64,000 nt of DNA from Escherichia coli (GTDB lineage Bacteria; Pseudomonadota; Gammaproteobacteria; Enterobacterales; Enterobacteriaceae): NCBI RefSeq assembly GCF_009931435.1, contig NZ_CP043414.1. The stretch is one strand, 5' to 3'. Below, in pieces: positions 1-12,547 of the stretch (position 1 is its first letter; every line of letters begins with the position of its first letter). The translations under genes and the position numbers were made by a program. The notes under the pieces were generated by a model, which had not been told where the DNA came from, made no database searches, and saw only the letters and a program-made list of their open reading frames with translations.

Positions 1-65
1 CTCTACCGGAAGGCATCTGGAGCGGCGACGTTAGCGTACAGTTCGACGCGACCTGGACCAGTTAA
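1..65 (+). CDS. ecpA: EcpA (common pilus major subunit), 3' end only
   Basis: Frame-3 ORF entering from the left edge, translating ...LPEGIWSGDVSVQFDATWTS then TAA at 63-65; sits directly upstream of ecpB as in the ecp operon. Only 21 codons visible. Confidence 0.55.
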   Translation, partial: LPEGIWSGDVSVQFDATWTS

Positions 66-122
66 TCTCTCTGATGTACCAGCAGGGGTAGCCCCCCTGC
101 TTTATTCCTGGACGGAATTGTT

Positions 123-791
123 ATGAAAAAGCACCTTCTGCCTCTCGCTCTGCTGTTTGCCGGAATATCTCCGGCCCATGCGCTGGATGTCGGCGATATA
201 TCATCGTTTATGAACAGTGACAGCAGCACGCTGAGCAAAACAATCAAAAACAGTACCGACAGTGGTCGCCTCATCAATATCCGTCTCGAACGGCTCTCTT
301 CACCGCTTGACGACGGGCAGGTTATCGCAATGGACAAGCCGGATGAGTTGCTACTCACTCCCGCCAGCTTGCTGCTACCCGCCCAAGCCAGCGAAGTGAT
401 CCGCTTCTTCTATAAGGGACCAGTAGATAAAAAAGAGCGCTACTACCGCATTGTCTGGTTTGATCAGGCCCTCAGTGATGCGCAGCGCGATAATGCCAAC
501 CGCAGCGCTGTGGCCACTGCTTCCGCCCGCATCGGCACCATTCTGGTCGTCGCCCCCCGCCAGGCGAACTACCGCTTTCAGTACGCCAACGGCTCCCTGA
601 CAAATACAGGAAATGCGACGCTGCGGATCCTCGCCTACGGCCCCTGCCTGAAAGCCGCCAATGGTAAGGAGTGTAAAGAGAACTACTACCTGATGCCGGG
701 CAAGTCGCGTCGTTTTACCCGCGTGGACACGGCGGATAACAAAGGACGGGTTGCACTTTGGCAGGGTGATAAGTTCATTCCCGTGAAATAG
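123..791 (+). CDS. ecpB: EcpB periplasmic pilus chaperone
   Basis: 222-aa ORF with signal peptide [20 protein letters not shown]; recognised as EcpB/YagY; operon context with usher and adhesin. Confidence 0.9.
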   Translation: MKKHLLPLALLFAGISPAHALDVGDISSFMNSDSSTLSKTIKNSTDSGRLINIRLERLSSPLDDGQVIAMDKPDELLLTPASLLLPAQASEVIRFFYKGPVDKKERYYRIVWFDQALSDAQRDNANRSAVATASARIGTILVVAPRQANYRFQYANGSLTNTGNATLRILAYGPCLKAANGKECKENYYLMPGKSRRFTRVDTADNKGRVALWQGDKFIPVK

Positions 792-816
792 ATAGCTGTG
801 CAGATGGATAACGACA

Positions 817-3342
817 ATGCCTTTACGACGGTTCTCCCCAGGACTGAAAGCCCAGTTTGCCTTCGGCATGGTCTTTTTGTTCGTTCAGCCCGATGCCAGC
901 GCTGCTGACATAAGCGCGCAGCAAATAGGTGGGGTGATTATTCCGCAGGCCTTCAGTCAGGCGCTTCAGGACGGCATGAGCATCCCGCTCTATATTCATC
1001 TCGCCGGTAGCCAGGGTCGCCAGGACGATCAGCGAATCGGCAGCGCTTTTATCTGGTTGGATGATGGACAGTTACGCATCCGGAAAATACAGCTGGAAGA
1101 GAGTGAAGATAACGCCAGTGTCAGCGAACAAACTCGACAGCAACTGATGACTCTGGCCAACGCCCCGTTCAATGAGGCCCTTACCATCCCCCTGACTGAC
1201 AACGCGCAGTTGGATCTCAGCTTGCGCCAACTGCTGCTGCAGCTGGTGGTCAAGCGCGAAGCACTGGGCACCGTACTACGCTCACGTAGCGAAGACATCG
1301 GGCAATCCAGTGTTAACACCCTCAGCAGTAACCTGAGCTATAACTTCGGCATCTATAACAACCAGTTGCGTAACGGCGGGAACAATACATCCAGCTATCT
1401 GTCGCTAAATAACGTGACAGCACTGCGCGAACATCATGTGGTGCTCGACGGCTCGCTGTATGGGATCGGTAGCGGTCAACAGGACAGTGAATTATATAAA
1501 GCGATGTATGAACGCGATTTTGCTGGTCACCGATTTGCCGGTGGAATGCTCGACACCTGGAACTTGCAGTCCTTAGGGCCGATGACCGCCATTTCAGCAG
1601 GGAAGATTTACGGCCTTTCCTGGGGAAACCAGGCCAGCTCCACCATCTTCGACAGCAGCCAGTCGGCCACGCCAGTGATCGCCTTTTTACCGGCGGCGGG
1701 CGAAGTACATCTCACCCGTGATGGGCGGCTACTAAGCGTTCAGAACTTCACCATGGGCAATCATGAAGTGGATACCCGAGGTCTACCGTACGGTATTTAC
1801 GATGTGGAAGTTGAGGTGATCGTTAACGGTCGCGTGATCAGCAAACGCACCCAGCGGGTCAATAAGCTGTTTAGCCGGGGGCGCGGTGTCGGTGCGCCGC
1901 TGGCGTGGCAGATATGGGGCGGCAGCTTTCATATGGATCGCTGGTCGGAAAACGGGAAAAAGACGCGACCAGCTAAAGAGAGTTGGCTAGCAGGAGCCTC
2001 GACCTCCGGCTCACTGAGTACGCTTAGCTGGGCGGCAACGGGATATGGGTACGATAATCAGGCAGTAGGTGAAACCCGTCTGACGCTGCCGCTTGGGGGA
2101 GCAATCAACGTTAACCTGCAAAACATGCTGGCCAGTGACAGCTCATGGAGCAATATCGGCAGCATCAGCGCCACACTACCGGGAGGCTTCAGTTCGCTGT
2201 GGGTTAACCAGGAGAAAACCCGCATTGGCAATCAATTGCGGCGTAGCGATGCCGACAACCGTGCAATCGGCGGCACACTCAACCTGAACTCACTGTGGTC
2301 GAAGCTGGGCACATTCAGCATCAGCTACAATGATGACCGCCGCTACAACAGCCATTATTACACGGCAGATTACTATCAAAGTGTTTACAGCGGTACCTTT
2401 GGTTCGCTTGGCCTGCGAGCCGGTATTCAGCGCTATAACAACGGCGACAGCAGCGCCAATACAGGGAAATATATCGCTCTCGATCTCTCGCTACCTCTGG
2501 GCAACTGGTTTAGCGCAGGGATGACTCATCAAAACGGCTACACCATGGCAAACCTGTCAGCACGCAAGCAGTTTGATGAAGGAACCATTCGCACTGTTGG
2601 TGCCAATCTGTCACGAGCCATCTCCGGCGATACCGGTGATGACAAAACCCTCAGCGGTGGGGCGTATGCACAGTTCGACGCTCGTTACGCCAGCGGAACG
2701 CTGAACGTCAATAGCGCGGCGGACGGCTACGTCAATACCAACTTGACCGCCAATGGCAGCGTCGGCTGGCAGGGTAAAAACATCGCTGCCAGCGGGCGGA
2801 CTGATGGCAACGCTGGGGTGATATTCAACACCGGGCTGGAGGACGACGGTCAGATCAGCGCCAAAATCAACGGGCGGATTTTCCCGCTTAACGGCAAGCG
2901 CAACTACCTCCCGCTCTCTCCGTATGGGAGATATGAGGTGGAGTTGCAGAACAGCAAAAACTCACTCGACAGCTACGATATCGTCAGCGGCCGCAAAAGC
3001 CATCTGACCCTCTATCCAGGCAATGTCGCCGTCATTGAGCCAGAGGTGAAGCAGATGGTTACCGTCTCCGGTCGTATCCGTGCAGAAGACGGCACACTGC
3101 TGGCTAACGCACGGATTAACAACCATATCGGCCGAACCCGAACCGATGAAAACGGCGAGTTTGTCATGGACGTGGATAAGAAATACCCCACTATCGATTT
3201 TCGCTACAGTGGCAATAAAACCTGCGAAGTGGCACTGGAACTCGACCAGGCGCGCGGTGCCGTCTGGGTCGGTGATGTGGTCTGCAGCGGCCTCTCATCG
3301 TGGGCGGCGGTGACGCAGACAGGAGAAGAGAATGAGAGTTAA
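817..3342 (+). CDS. ecpC: EcpC outer-membrane usher
   Basis: 841-aa ORF with N-terminal signal peptide; length and sequence recognised as EcpC/YagX. Confidence 0.9.
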   Translation: MPLRRFSPGLKAQFAFGMVFLFVQPDASAADISAQQIGGVIIPQAFSQALQDGMSIPLYIHLAGSQGRQDDQRIGSAFIWLDDGQLRIRKIQLEESEDNASVSEQTRQQLMTLANAPFNEALTIPLTDNAQLDLSLRQLLLQLVVKREALGTVLRSRSEDIGQSSVNTLSSNLSYNFGIYNNQLRNGGNNTSSYLSLNNVTALREHHVVLDGSLYGIGSGQQDSELYKAMYERDFAGHRFAGGMLDTWNLQSLGPMTAISAGKIYGLSWGNQASSTIFDSSQSATPVIAFLPAAGEVHLTRDGRLLSVQNFTMGNHEVDTRGLPYGIYDVEVEVIVNGRVISKRTQRVNKLFSRGRGVGAPLAWQIWGGSFHMDRWSENGKKTRPAKESWLAGASTSGSLSTLSWAATGYGYDNQAVGETRLTLPLGGAINVNLQNMLASDSSWSNIGSISATLPGGFSSLWVNQEKTRIGNQLRRSDADNRAIGGTLNLNSLWSKLGTFSISYNDDRRYNSHYYTADYYQSVYSGTFGSLGLRAGIQRYNNGDSSANTGKYIALDLSLPLGNWFSAGMTHQNGYTMANLSARKQFDEGTIRTVGANLSRAISGDTGDDKTLSGGAYAQFDARYASGTLNVNSAADGYVNTNLTANGSVGWQGKNIAASGRTDGNAGVIFNTGLEDDGQISAKINGRIFPLNGKRNYLPLSPYGRYEVELQNSKNSLDSYDIVSGRKSHLTLYPGNVAVIEPEVKQMVTVSGRIRAEDGTLLANARINNHIGRTRTDENGEFVMDVDKKYPTIDFRYSGNKTCEVALELDQARGAVWVGDVVCSGLSSWAAVTQTGEENES

Positions 3343-4975
3343 CCTACTGATAGCGATGATAATCTTTGCGCTATTCTGGCCAGCAACCGCGCTCAGAGCT
3401 GCAGTGAGCAAAACAATCTGGACGGATGCACCGGCACGCGAGTTTGTGTTTGTCGAAAACAACTCAGACGACAACTTTTTCGTCACGCCTGGCGGGGCGC
3501 TGGATCCGCGCCTGACCGGTGCCAACCGCTGGACCGGTTTAAAATACACTGGCTCAGGAACCATCTATCAACAAAGCCTCGGCTACATTGATAACGGTTA
3601 CAACACCGGCCTTTATACCAACTGGAAGTTTGATATGTGGCTGGAAAATTCGCCGGTTTCATCTCCTTTAACTGGCTTGCGCTGCATCAACTGGTACGCA
3701 GGGTGTAATATGACCACCAGTCTTATCCTGCCGCAAACCACCGACGCCAGTGGATTTTATGGCGCGACGGTGACCAGCGGCGGCTCGAAGTGGATGCACG
3801 GCATGTTGTCAGACGCGTTTTACCAGTATCTGCAACAAATGCCCGTTGGCAGCAGCTTTACGATGACCATCAATGCCTGCCAAACCTCAGTGAACTATGA
3901 CGCCAGCAGCGGCGCGCGCTGTAAGGATCAGGCCTCCGGCAACTGGTATGTTCGCAACGTCACCCATACGAAAGCAGCAAATTTGCGGTTGATAAATACC
4001 CACTCGCTGGCGGAGGTATTTATCAACAGCGACGGAGTACCGACTCTGGGCGAAGGGAACGCCGACTGCCGGACGCAAACCATCGGCAGCCGTTCAGGAT
4101 TAAGTTGTAAGATGGTTAACTATACCCTGCAAACAAACGGGCTCAGCAACACCTCAATCCATATATTCCCGGCGATCGCCAACTCGTCGTTAGCCTCGGC
4201 CGTCGGGGCGTACGATATGCAGTTCAGTCTGAATGGTAGTTCATGGAAACCGGTGAGCAATACCGCTTATTACTACACCTTCAACGAGATGAAGAGCGCA
4301 GACTCGATCTATGTTTTCTTCTCGAGCAACTTCTTTAAGCAGATGGTGAACCTGGGGATCAGCGATATCAACACCAAAGATCTATTCAACTTTCGCTTTC
4401 AGAACACCACATCACCGGAGTCTGGCTGGTATGAATTTTCTACCTCCAACACGCTGATTATCAAACCCCGTGATTTCAGCATCAGTATTATCTCCGATGA
4501 ATATACTCAGACACCGTCGCGGGAGGGATATGTTGGCAGCGGCGAGTCGGCACTCGATTTCGGCTATATCGTAACCACCAGCGGTAAAACAGCTGCCGAC
4601 GAAGTGCTGATCAAGGTGACCGGACCCGCGCAGGTGATTGGCGGACGCTCCTATTGTGTCTTCAGCTCCGATGACGGTAAGGCGAAAGTACCGTTCCCGG
4701 CGACGCTTTCCTTTATTACCCGCAACGGAGCTACAAAAACCTACGATGCCGGGTGCGATGATAGCTGGCGGGATATGACCGATGCGCTGTGGCTAACCAC
4801 ACCGTGGACTGATATCTCTGGCGAAGTGGGGCAGATGGATAAGACCACTGTCAAATTTTCGATTCCAATGGATAACGCCATTTCGCTGCGTACGATAGAT
4901 GATAACGGCTGGTTTGGCGAAGTTAGCGCTTCAGGAGAGATTCATGTTCAGGCGACATGGCGTAACATTAACTAA
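3332..4975 (+). CDS. ecpD: EcpD pilus tip adhesin
   Basis: 547-aa ORF, signal peptide [34 protein letters not shown] upstream; overlaps ecpC by 11 nt; recognised as EcpD/YagW. Confidence 0.9.
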   Translation: MRVNLLIAMIIFALFWPATALRAAVSKTIWTDAPAREFVFVENNSDDNFFVTPGGALDPRLTGANRWTGLKYTGSGTIYQQSLGYIDNGYNTGLYTNWKFDMWLENSPVSSPLTGLRCINWYAGCNMTTSLILPQTTDASGFYGATVTSGGSKWMHGMLSDAFYQYLQQMPVGSSFTMTINACQTSVNYDASSGARCKDQASGNWYVRNVTHTKAANLRLINTHSLAEVFINSDGVPTLGEGNADCRTQTIGSRSGLSCKMVNYTLQTNGLSNTSIHIFPAIANSSLASAVGAYDMQFSLNGSSWKPVSNTAYYYTFNEMKSADSIYVFFSSNFFKQMVNLGISDINTKDLFNFRFQNTTSPESGWYEFSTSNTLIIKPRDFSISIISDEYTQTPSREGYVGSGESALDFGYIVTTSGKTAADEVLIKVTGPAQVIGGRSYCVFSSDDGKAKVPFPATLSFITRNGATKTYDAGCDDSWRDMTDALWLTTPWTDISGEVGQMDKTTVKFSIPMDNAISLRTIDDNGWFGEVSASGEIHVQATWRNIN

Positions 4976-5654
4976 GGCCCTGCTGACAGTGGTCTGTATG
5001 CTGGCGACACCTTTGACACAGGCGATTTCGGTCGGCAATCTGACTTTTTCACTGCCGTCCGAGACTGACTTTGTCAGCAAACGTGTAGTGAATAACAACA
5101 AAAGCGCGCGGATATACCGTATTGCCATCAGTGCCATCGATAGCCCAGGCAGCAGTGAATTGCGCACTCGACCGGTGGATGGTGAACTGCTTTTCGCTCC
5201 CCGCCAGCTGGCGTTGCAGGCTGGTGAGAGTGAGTATTTTAAATTTTACTATCATGGCCCCCAGGATAACCGCGAGCGCTACTACCGGGTCTCATTTCGC
5301 GAGGTCCCCACTCGCAACCAGACAAGACGCAGCCCAACCGGCGGCGAGGTCAGCACTGAGCCGGTGGTGGTGATGGATACCATTCTGGTAGTACGACCTC
5401 GTCAGGTTCAGTTTAAATGGTCCTTCGACCAGGTGACAGGAACGGTAAGTAACACCGGCAACACGTGGTTTAAGCTACTGATTAAACCAGGATGTGATTC
5501 GACCGAAGAGGAAGGCGACGCCTGGTATCTACGTCCGGGAGACGTAGTTCATCAGCCTGAGTTACGTCAGCCGGGGAATCATTATCTGGTCTATAACGAC
5601 AAATTCATTAAGATTAGCGATTCCTGTCCTGCTAAGCCCCCTTCGGCGGACTAA
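4944..5654 (+). CDS. ecpE: EcpE pilus chaperone
   Basis: Track ORF 4899-5654 (251 aa); EcpE/YagV is 236 aa beginning [14 protein letters not shown] (signal peptide), so start placed at the in-frame ATG at 4944. Confidence 0.85.
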   Translation: MFRRHGVTLTKALLTVVCMLATPLTQAISVGNLTFSLPSETDFVSKRVVNNNKSARIYRIAISAIDSPGSSELRTRPVDGELLFAPRQLALQAGESEYFKFYYHGPQDNRERYYRVSFREVPTRNQTRRSPTGGEVSTEPVVVMDTILVVRPRQVQFKWSFDQVTGTVSNTGNTWFKLLIKPGCDSTEEEGDAWYLRPGDVVHQPELRQPGNHYLVYNDKFIKISDSCPAKPPSAD

Positions 5655-5967
5655 GACTTATCCATCGGACGAGGGAAGAATTCCACCTCAGAGACTCAAA
5701 TAATCGTTTAAATGATGTGGAAGCGATCGTCAATGTCACCTGTAATGATGGGCTTTCTCATATGTACACCATAGTGTTCAGGAGACACGGAAAAGTGCCA
5801 GGCAGCCTGCTAACGAGTGGTTTCTTCACGAATTAGTACGTAAAATCGGTAACGGCTGGAAATCATTCAATACTCACACTATCGAAAGTTCCCCAGCCAA
5901 CCGCGGTACGTTCTTACATACGATGTACCGCTGTTCTCTTTACGATTTATAGCTGTACTGGTGAATT

Positions 5968-6297
5968 ATGAGCAATCTGAATCCATGCATGACGTGTGGT
6001 GCCTGTTGTGCATTTTTCCGCGTCTCTTTTTACTGGGCCGAAGCCGACGATGCTGGCGGTACCATTCCCGCCAGGCTCACTGAACAAATATCCCCTTTTC
6101 ACCGATGCATGAGCGGTACCAATCAGAAAAACCCCAGATGTATTGCCCTTGCAGGAACACCGGGCAAAAATGCCTGCTGCACGATATATAAAAATCGATC
6201 GTCCACGTGCAGAGAATTCGCCATGTCTGGTGAGAACGGAGAAGTCAATGAGGCTTGCAATCGTGCAAGAGCTAAATACGGGCTGACACCGTTATAA
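5968..6297 (+). CDS. ykgJ: YkgJ, small Cys-rich putative metal-binding protein
   Basis: 109-aa ORF with CxxCxxCC motif ([11 protein letters not shown]); recognised as YkgJ; conserved position between ecpE and yagU. Confidence 0.85.
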   Translation: MSNLNPCMTCGACCAFFRVSFYWAEADDAGGTIPARLTEQISPFHRCMSGTNQKNPRCIALAGTPGKNACCTIYKNRSSTCREFAMSGENGEVNEACNRARAKYGLTPL

Positions 6298-6319
6298 AGA
6301 TGCAATAATTAATTGCACT

Positions 6320-6353
6320 GCCCCGCCAGCTATAATCGCGGGGCTTCGTTTTT
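6320..6353 (+). terminator. Rho-independent terminator after ykgJ
   Basis: GC stem GCCCCGC / GCGGGGC with about 11-nt loop, followed by TTCGTTTTT, about 25 nt after the ykgJ stop. Confidence 0.5.
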
Positions 6354-6504
6354 CAGGGATAACAAAACCCGAAACTTCTTCCATCTGCCAGCAACAATGC
6401 CTCTTCCTCTATAGGGTTCTCCGGATCTACAGCATCCTGAAGTAGCGCGATGTACTCACTGGCTATCTGCATCAGAAAGTTAAAAACAATGTTTTTAACC
6501 TATA

Positions 6505-6531
6505 AAAATGGCGCTGTATTTGCGCCATTTT
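6505..6531. terminator. Bidirectional hairpin terminator between convergent ykgJ and yagU
   Basis: Perfect 10-bp inverted repeat AAAATGGCGC...GCGCCATTTT flanked by A-run and T-run; lies just downstream of the yagU stop (minus strand). Confidence 0.55.
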
Positions 6532-6545
6532 TATCATTCAATGCA

Positions 6546-7160
6546 TTATCTGTTTGAGCCTAAAGGGATCTCAGGGTCTGGCTCATGAGTAATTCTGTTT
6601 CGTAAATCTCTGCGAATAATTTCAATGGACCAGAACCAGACTAAATGTCCAAAAATTTCAGAAACATTCTCATACCACGGGAGATCAAACAGAGGTGGCG
6701 TCAGTCCCATGAGAGGGAATGAAATCATATGAACAAAAAGTTGGGCTAAAGCACCTGCCAGTAAGCCCTGCCAGAGTTTAATTTTTGGAAATACTTCAGC
6801 GACCACACAATAACCGACAGCAAACACTATCGAAAAGATAATGTGCGTAACACCAACCCAGTTAAAGACATGCCCGGCAAAGGTATAAACAGCCGAATTT
6901 GGATCTGTCAGTCCCAGCCAGTCTCGAAGAAAAATATACGGAGGATTGAGAAAATTACGGGAGCAATCAATTTGCCCAGCAGCCCTGATTAATGATTCCG
7001 GGCCACACGCTGCATTAAACATATCCACCGGGCTACGTGGCGGCAATGGAACTTCAGCCCCCCACTTCACAAATGCGGAAACAACGCCAGCAATTAGCCC
7101 AATGAATGCAGCAAGACCATAACGTCTGCGGTTCGGTGGAGTTTGTTCAAATATATTCAT
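6546..7160 (-). CDS. yagU: YagU inner membrane protein (DUF1440)
   Basis: 204-aa ORF with several hydrophobic segments; recognised as YagU ([25 protein letters not shown]...). Confidence 0.85.
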   Translation of the reverse strand: MNIFEQTPPNRRRYGLAAFIGLIAGVVSAFVKWGAEVPLPPRSPVDMFNAACGPESLIRAAGQIDCSRNFLNPPYIFLRDWLGLTDPNSAVYTFAGHVFNWVGVTHIIFSIVFAVGYCVVAEVFPKIKLWQGLLAGALAQLFVHMISFPLMGLTPPLFDLPWYENVSEIFGHLVWFWSIEIIRRDLRNRITHEPDPEIPLGSNR

Positions 7161-7565
7161 ATTTACCCTGTTTGTTTCATTATGTTGTACACCTCTTCAG
7201 GAGTATTCATAAAACAAGATAAATGTAAAGAACTGTATTGTTTTGTATAATGCAATGGTGACTAATCGCCAATTAATATAAGCACCATCATTTCTCCCTA
7301 TTTTTATGTTAGAAGTGACAACGACTTGCAGGGTGATGCAGAGCTGACAATCACAGGTTTCCTTATCGGTTTTTGCATCGCACAACTAAAGCAATAAACT
7401 AGCTCCCGTCATCGGCGAATATGAATTAATTAGCCGGGCTCATAGCTGCATTCGCGTTTTAAGAATAATCCTCCTGCTCTCACCGACTATGCTTAACGTT
7501 TAAAAAAGCATCAACACTCTCGCAACGCACTCTTATTTTCCCCTTTAGAATACCGGAGGCCTGGT

Positions 7566-8255
7566 ATGAGCAACCAAGGCGAATACCCCGAAGATAATCG
7601 GGTTGGGAAGCACGAGCCGCACGATTTTAGTTTGACCCGCCGCGATCTGATTAAAGTGAGCGCCGCAACGGCGGCGACCGCCGTGGTTTATCCTCATTCT
7701 ACGCTTGCGGCAAGCGTTCCGGCAGCTACACCCGCGCCAGAGATAATGCCCCTGACACTTAAGGTGAACGGCAAAACCGAGCAGCTTGAGGTGGATACCC
7801 GAACCACGCTACTGGACGCTTTGCGTGAAAATCTGCATCTGATCGGTACCAAGAAAGGTTGCGATCACGGACAGTGCGGAGCCTGTACCGTACTGGTCAA
7901 TGGTCGCAGGCTTAATGCCTGCCTGACGCTGGCAGTCATGCATCAGGGGGCCGAGATCACCACCATTGAAGGCCTGGGTTCACCAGAGAATCTTCACCCC
8001 ATGCAGGCGGCCTTTATCAAGCATGATGGCTTCCAGTGCGGCTACTGCACCTCCGGGCAAATTTGCTCATCAGTAGCGGTGCTAAAAGAGATTCAGGACG
8101 GCATTCCCAGTCACGTCACGGTCGATTTGGTTTCCCCTCCAGAAAGAACTGCCGATGAGATCCGTGAACGTATGAGCGGCAACATCTGTCGCTGTGGTGC
8201 ATACGCTAACATCCTTGCCGCCATTGAAGACGCTGCGGGGGAGATAAAATCATGA
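7566..8255 (+). CDS. paoA: PaoA, periplasmic aldehyde oxidoreductase 2Fe-2S subunit
   Basis: 229 aa; Tat-type signal ([19 protein letters not shown]); ferredoxin Cys clusters ([25 protein letters not shown]); SD GGAGG upstream. Confidence 0.9.
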   Translation: MSNQGEYPEDNRVGKHEPHDFSLTRRDLIKVSAATAATAVVYPHSTLAASVPAATPAPEIMPLTLKVNGKTEQLEVDTRTTLLDALRENLHLIGTKKGCDHGQCGACTVLVNGRRLNACLTLAVMHQGAEITTIEGLGSPENLHPMQAAFIKHDGFQCGYCTSGQICSSVAVLKEIQDGIPSHVTVDLVSPPERTADEIRERMSGNICRCGAYANILAAIEDAAGEIKS

Positions 8256-9208
8256 AGGCGTTTACCTATGAACGTGTGAACACCCCTGCCGAGGCGGCAC
8301 TTAGCGCTCAGCGCGTACCCGGCGCAAAATTTATCGCTGGCGGGACCAATCTGCTGGACCTGATGAAGCTGGAAATTGAAACGCCAACCCACCTTATCGA
8401 TGTGAACGGGCTCGGGCTCGATAAGATTGAAGTGACCGACGCGGGTGGGCTGCGCATCGGCGCACTGGTACGGAACACCGACCTGGCGGCTCACGAGCGC
8501 GTGCGTCGTGATTACGCGGTACTCTCCCGCGCTCTGCTCGCTGGCGCGTCTGGTCAGTTACGTAATCAGGCAACCACCGCAGGTAATCTGCTCCAGCGCA
8601 CGCGCTGCCCCTATTTTTACGACACCAATCAGCCCTGCAATAAGCGCCTGCCCGGGAGCGGCTGCGCGGCACTTGAAGGCTTTAGCCGTCAGCACGCGGT
8701 GGTAGGCGTAAGCGAAGCCTGCATTGCCACCCATCCGAGCGATATGGCGGTCGCAATGCGGTTGCTGGATGCGGTGGTGGAAACCATCACGCCGGAGGGA
8801 AAAACTCGCAGTATCACACTGGCTGATTTTTATCACCCACCGGGGAAAACGCCGCACATTGAAACCGCCCTGCTTCCCGGTGAGCTTATCGTTGCGGTGA
8901 CGTTACCTCCGCCGCTCGGCGGAAAACATATCTACCGCAAGGTGCGCGATCGCGCCTCCTACGCCTTTGCCCTGGTATCGGTCGCGGCGATTATTCAGCC
9001 TGACGGCAGCGGGCGCGTCGCGCTGGGCGGAGTAGCACATAAGCCCTGGCGCATTGAGGCTGCGGATGCTCAGCTATCCCAGGGGGCGCAGGCCGTGTAT
9101 GACGCGCTGTTCGCCAGCGCCCATCCCACCGCTGAAAATACCTTTAAACTCCTGTTGGCGAAGCGAACGCTTGCCTCCGTACTGGCTGAAGCGAGGGCAC
9201 AGGCATGA
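8252..9208 (+). CDS. paoB: PaoB, FAD-binding subunit
   Basis: 318 aa; 4-nt start/stop overlap with paoA; recognised as YagS/PaoB. Confidence 0.9.
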   Translation: MKAFTYERVNTPAEAALSAQRVPGAKFIAGGTNLLDLMKLEIETPTHLIDVNGLGLDKIEVTDAGGLRIGALVRNTDLAAHERVRRDYAVLSRALLAGASGQLRNQATTAGNLLQRTRCPYFYDTNQPCNKRLPGSGCAALEGFSRQHAVVGVSEACIATHPSDMAVAMRLLDAVVETITPEGKTRSITLADFYHPPGKTPHIETALLPGELIVAVTLPPPLGGKHIYRKVRDRASYAFALVSVAAIIQPDGSGRVALGGVAHKPWRIEAADAQLSQGAQAVYDALFASAHPTAENTFKLLLAKRTLASVLAEARAQA

Positions 9209-11403
9209 AATTTGATAAACCCGCAGGGGAAAACCCGATCGATCAGCTGAAGGTTGTCGGTCGTCCCCATGACCGCATCGACGGACCGCTGAAAACTACC
9301 GGCACGGCACGCTACGCCTACGAATGGCATGAAGAAGCCCCCAACGCCGCCTATGGCTATATCGTCGGTTCCGCCATTGCCAAAGGACGCCTCACCGCCC
9401 TAGATACGGACGCCGCGCAAAAAGCGCCGGGCGTACTGGCTGTCATTACCGCCAGTAACGCTGGGGCACTCGGCAAAGGCGACAAAAACACCGCCAGGCT
9501 GTTAGGCGGCCCCACTATTGAGCACTATCATCAGGCCATTGCGCTGGTAGTGGCCGAGACCTTCGAACAGGCGCGAGCGGCGGCCTCGCTGGTGCAGGCG
9601 CACTATCGCCGTAATAAAGGAGCTTACTCCCTGGCGGACGAGAAACAGGCCGTCAGTCAGCCGCCGGAAGACACGCCCGATAAAAACGTTGGTGACTTTG
9701 ACGGGGCTTTCACCTCCGCTGCAGTGAAAATTGATGCTACATACACGACCCCGGACCAGAGCCATATGGCGATGGAGCCGCATGCCTCGATGGCCGTCTG
9801 GGATGGAAATAAGCTTACCCTCTGGACCTCAAATCAGATGATTGACTGGTGCCGCACCGATCTGGCAAAAACGCTGAAAGTGCCCGTGGAGAATGTGCGT
9901 ATTATCTCCCCGTATATCGGCGGAGGGTTTGGCGGCAAGCTATTCCTGAGAAGCGATGCGCTGCTGGCGGCCCTCGCCGCCCGTGCGGTGAAACGTCCGG
10001 TTAAAGTGATGCTCCCCCGCCCCACTATTCCCAATAACACCACGCACCGCCCCGCCACCCTTCAGCACCTGCGTATCGGTGCCGACCAGAGCGGGAAAAT
10101 CACCGCTATCTCACATGAAAGCTGGTCCGGAAACCTGCCCGGCGGCACGCCGGAAACGGCGGTACAGCAAAGCGAATTACTCTACGCAGGGGCAAACCGT
10201 CATACCGGCCTGCGGCTCGCCGCGCTTGATTTGCCGGAAGGGAACGCCATGCGTGCGCCCGGCGAAGCCCCCGGTCTGATGGCGCTCGAAATCGCGATCG
10301 ACGAACTGGCGGAAAAAGCGGGCATCGATCCCGTCGAGTTTCGCATCCTGAATGACACTCAGGTTGACCCCGCCGACCCGACGCGCCGCTTCTCTCGCCG
10401 TCAGCTTATCGAGTGCTTGCGCACCGGAGCGGATAAATTTGGCTGGAAGCAGCGCAACGCTACACCCGGACAGGTGCGCGACGGGGAGTGGCTAGTCGGC
10501 CACGGTGTTGCGGCGGGCTTTCGCAATAATCTGCTGGAAAAATCGGGTGCTCGGGTTCACCTCGAACAAAATGGCACCGTTACCGTAGAAACGGACATGA
10601 CCGACATTGGCACCGGCAGCTACACCATTCTGGCCCAGACGGCAGCGGAAATGCTTGGCGTACCGCTGGAGCAGGTTGCGGTTCACCTCGGCGATTCCAG
10701 TTTCCCGGTTTCTGCGGGTTCTGGTGGACAATGGGGCGCGAATACCTCCACCTCCGGCGTTTACGCCGCCTGTGTGAAACTTCGCGAAATGATTGCCTCG
10801 GCGGTCGGGTTTGATCCTGAGCAGTCGCAGTTTGCCGACGGCAAGATTACCAACGGTACCCGAAGCGCCACGCTACATGAGGCCACCGCAGGCGGCAGAC
10901 TGACAGCGGAAGAGAGCATTGAGTTCGGCACTCTCAGCAAGGAGTACCAGCAATCGACCTTTGCCGGGCATTTTGTGGAGGTCGGCGTGCATAGCGCGAC
11001 GGGAGAAGTTCGGGTCCGGCGTATGCTCGCCGTGTGCGCAGCGGGGCGCATTCTGAATCCGAAAACTGCACGCAGCCAGGTCATTGGCGCGATGACTATG
11101 GGCATGGGCGCGGCACTGATGGAGGAGCTGGCGGTAGATGACCGTTTGGGCTACTTCGTTAATCACGATATGGCGGGGTATGAGGTGCCGGTTCATGCGG
11201 ATATCCCAAAACAGGAGGTGATTTTCCTGGATGATACCGACCCCATCTCCTCCCCGATGAAGGCCAAAGGTGTCGGTGAGCTGGGCCTGTGCGGCGTGAG
11301 CGCGGCTATCGCCAACGCGGTGTATAACGCCACCGGTATTCGGGTACGGGATTATCCCATCACTCTGGATAAGCTGCTCGATAAACTGCCGGATGTGGTT
11401 TAA
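9205..11403 (+). CDS. paoC: PaoC, molybdopterin-binding catalytic subunit
   Basis: 732 aa; 4-nt overlap with paoB; xanthine dehydrogenase-family large subunit; recognised as YagR/PaoC. Confidence 0.9.
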   Translation: MKFDKPAGENPIDQLKVVGRPHDRIDGPLKTTGTARYAYEWHEEAPNAAYGYIVGSAIAKGRLTALDTDAAQKAPGVLAVITASNAGALGKGDKNTARLLGGPTIEHYHQAIALVVAETFEQARAAASLVQAHYRRNKGAYSLADEKQAVSQPPEDTPDKNVGDFDGAFTSAAVKIDATYTTPDQSHMAMEPHASMAVWDGNKLTLWTSNQMIDWCRTDLAKTLKVPVENVRIISPYIGGGFGGKLFLRSDALLAALAARAVKRPVKVMLPRPTIPNNTTHRPATLQHLRIGADQSGKITAISHESWSGNLPGGTPETAVQQSELLYAGANRHTGLRLAALDLPEGNAMRAPGEAPGLMALEIAIDELAEKAGIDPVEFRILNDTQVDPADPTRRFSRRQLIECLRTGADKFGWKQRNATPGQVRDGEWLVGHGVAAGFRNNLLEKSGARVHLEQNGTVTVETDMTDIGTGSYTILAQTAAEMLGVPLEQVAVHLGDSSFPVSAGSGGQWGANTSTSGVYAACVKLREMIASAVGFDPEQSQFADGKITNGTRSATLHEATAGGRLTAEESIEFGTLSKEYQQSTFAGHFVEVGVHSATGEVRVRRMLAVCAAGRILNPKTARSQVIGAMTMGMGAALMEELAVDDRLGYFVNHDMAGYEVPVHADIPKQEVIFLDDTDPISSPMKAKGVGELGLCGVSAAIANAVYNATGIRVRDYPITLDKLLDKLPDVV

Positions 11404-11412
11404 GGAGGAACA

Positions 11413-12369
11413 ATGTCATACTCGCTTTTTGACAAAGACGAGCACTGGCATAAGCCAGAGCAGGCGTTTCTCACCGATGACCACCGGACCATTCTGCGCT
11501 TCGCCGTAGAGGCGCTAATGTCCGGTAAAGGAGCGGTGCTGGTGACGCTGGTGAAGATACGCGGCGGCGCGGCGCGCCCGCTCGGAGCACAGATGGTGGT
11601 GCGCGAAGATGGTCGTTACTGCGGTTTTGTCTCTGGCGGCTGCGTGGAGGCCGCTGCCGCTTTTGAAGCGCTGGAGGTGATGGGCTCAGGCTGCGATCGC
11701 GAAATTCGCTATGGCGAAGGTTCGCCGTGGTTTGACATCGTTCTGCCCTGCGGCGGTGGGATCACGCTGACGCTCCATAAACTACGCTCGGCACAGCCTC
11801 TGCTCGCCGTGCTGAACCGCCTGGAACAGAGAAAACCGGCGGGTCTGCGCTACGATCCGCAAGCTCAATCGCTGGTGTGCCTGCCCACGCAAACCCGAAC
11901 GGGCTGGAATCTCAATGGCTTTGAGGTGGGGTTCAGGCCATGCGTCAGGCTGATGATTTACGGACGTTCTCTTGAGGCGCAGGCAACCGCGAGTCTTGCA
12001 GCAGCCACAGGCTATGACAGCCATATCTTCGATATTTTTCCGGCCTCAGCCAGCGCTCAGATCGATACCGATACGGCGGTCATTTTGCTGTGCCATGATC
12101 TCAACCGGGAGCTGCCAGTGTTGCAGGCCGCGCGAGAGGCAAAACCCTTTTATCTCGGCGCATTGGGCAGCTATCGAACCCACACGTTACGTCTGCAAAA
12201 GCTCCACGAGCTAGGATGGTCCAGGGAGGAGACAGCGCAAATCCGGGCACCCATCGGGATATTCCCCAAAGCCCGGGATGCGCATACTCTGGCACTCTCC
12301 GTGCTGGCAGAAGTCGCTTCTGTACGTCTCCATCAGGAGGAGGATTCATGCCTGCCCCCGTCGTCGTGA
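11413..12369 (+). CDS. paoD: PaoD, XdhC-type molybdenum cofactor insertion chaperone
   Basis: 318 aa; last gene of paoABCD; recognised as YagQ/PaoD. Confidence 0.85.
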   Translation: MSYSLFDKDEHWHKPEQAFLTDDHRTILRFAVEALMSGKGAVLVTLVKIRGGAARPLGAQMVVREDGRYCGFVSGGCVEAAAAFEALEVMGSGCDREIRYGEGSPWFDIVLPCGGGITLTLHKLRSAQPLLAVLNRLEQRKPAGLRYDPQAQSLVCLPTQTRTGWNLNGFEVGFRPCVRLMIYGRSLEAQATASLAAATGYDSHIFDIFPASASAQIDTDTAVILLCHDLNRELPVLQAAREAKPFYLGALGSYRTHTLRLQKLHELGWSREETAQIRAPIGIFPKARDAHTLALSVLAEVASVRLHQEEDSCLPPSS

Positions 12370-12547
12370 TCCTTGCGGCCGGGCGTGGAGAGCGCTTTCT
12401 CGCCTCCGGGGGAAATACCATAAATTAAGAGAAAAATCTGCAGTAGCCGTTTTAGAAAATCACCTAAATCGTTTAAAAGAGCGCCCAACCCATAGTGGGC
12501 GCTCATCGCCTTGTGTAACTTATTCAGCAACGCGCGCCCTCGCCGGA

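Noticed and set aside
4899-4943. Upstream in-frame extension of ecpE overlapping ecpD by 77 nt
   Set aside because: The signal peptide begins at the internal Met ([14 protein letters not shown]...), so the extension is unlikely to be translated.
8111-8857. Several minus-strand ORFs inside paoA/paoB (8111-8494, 8394-8672, 8558-8857)
   Set aside because: Antisense artefacts of GC-rich coding DNA; Arg/Ala-rich translations.
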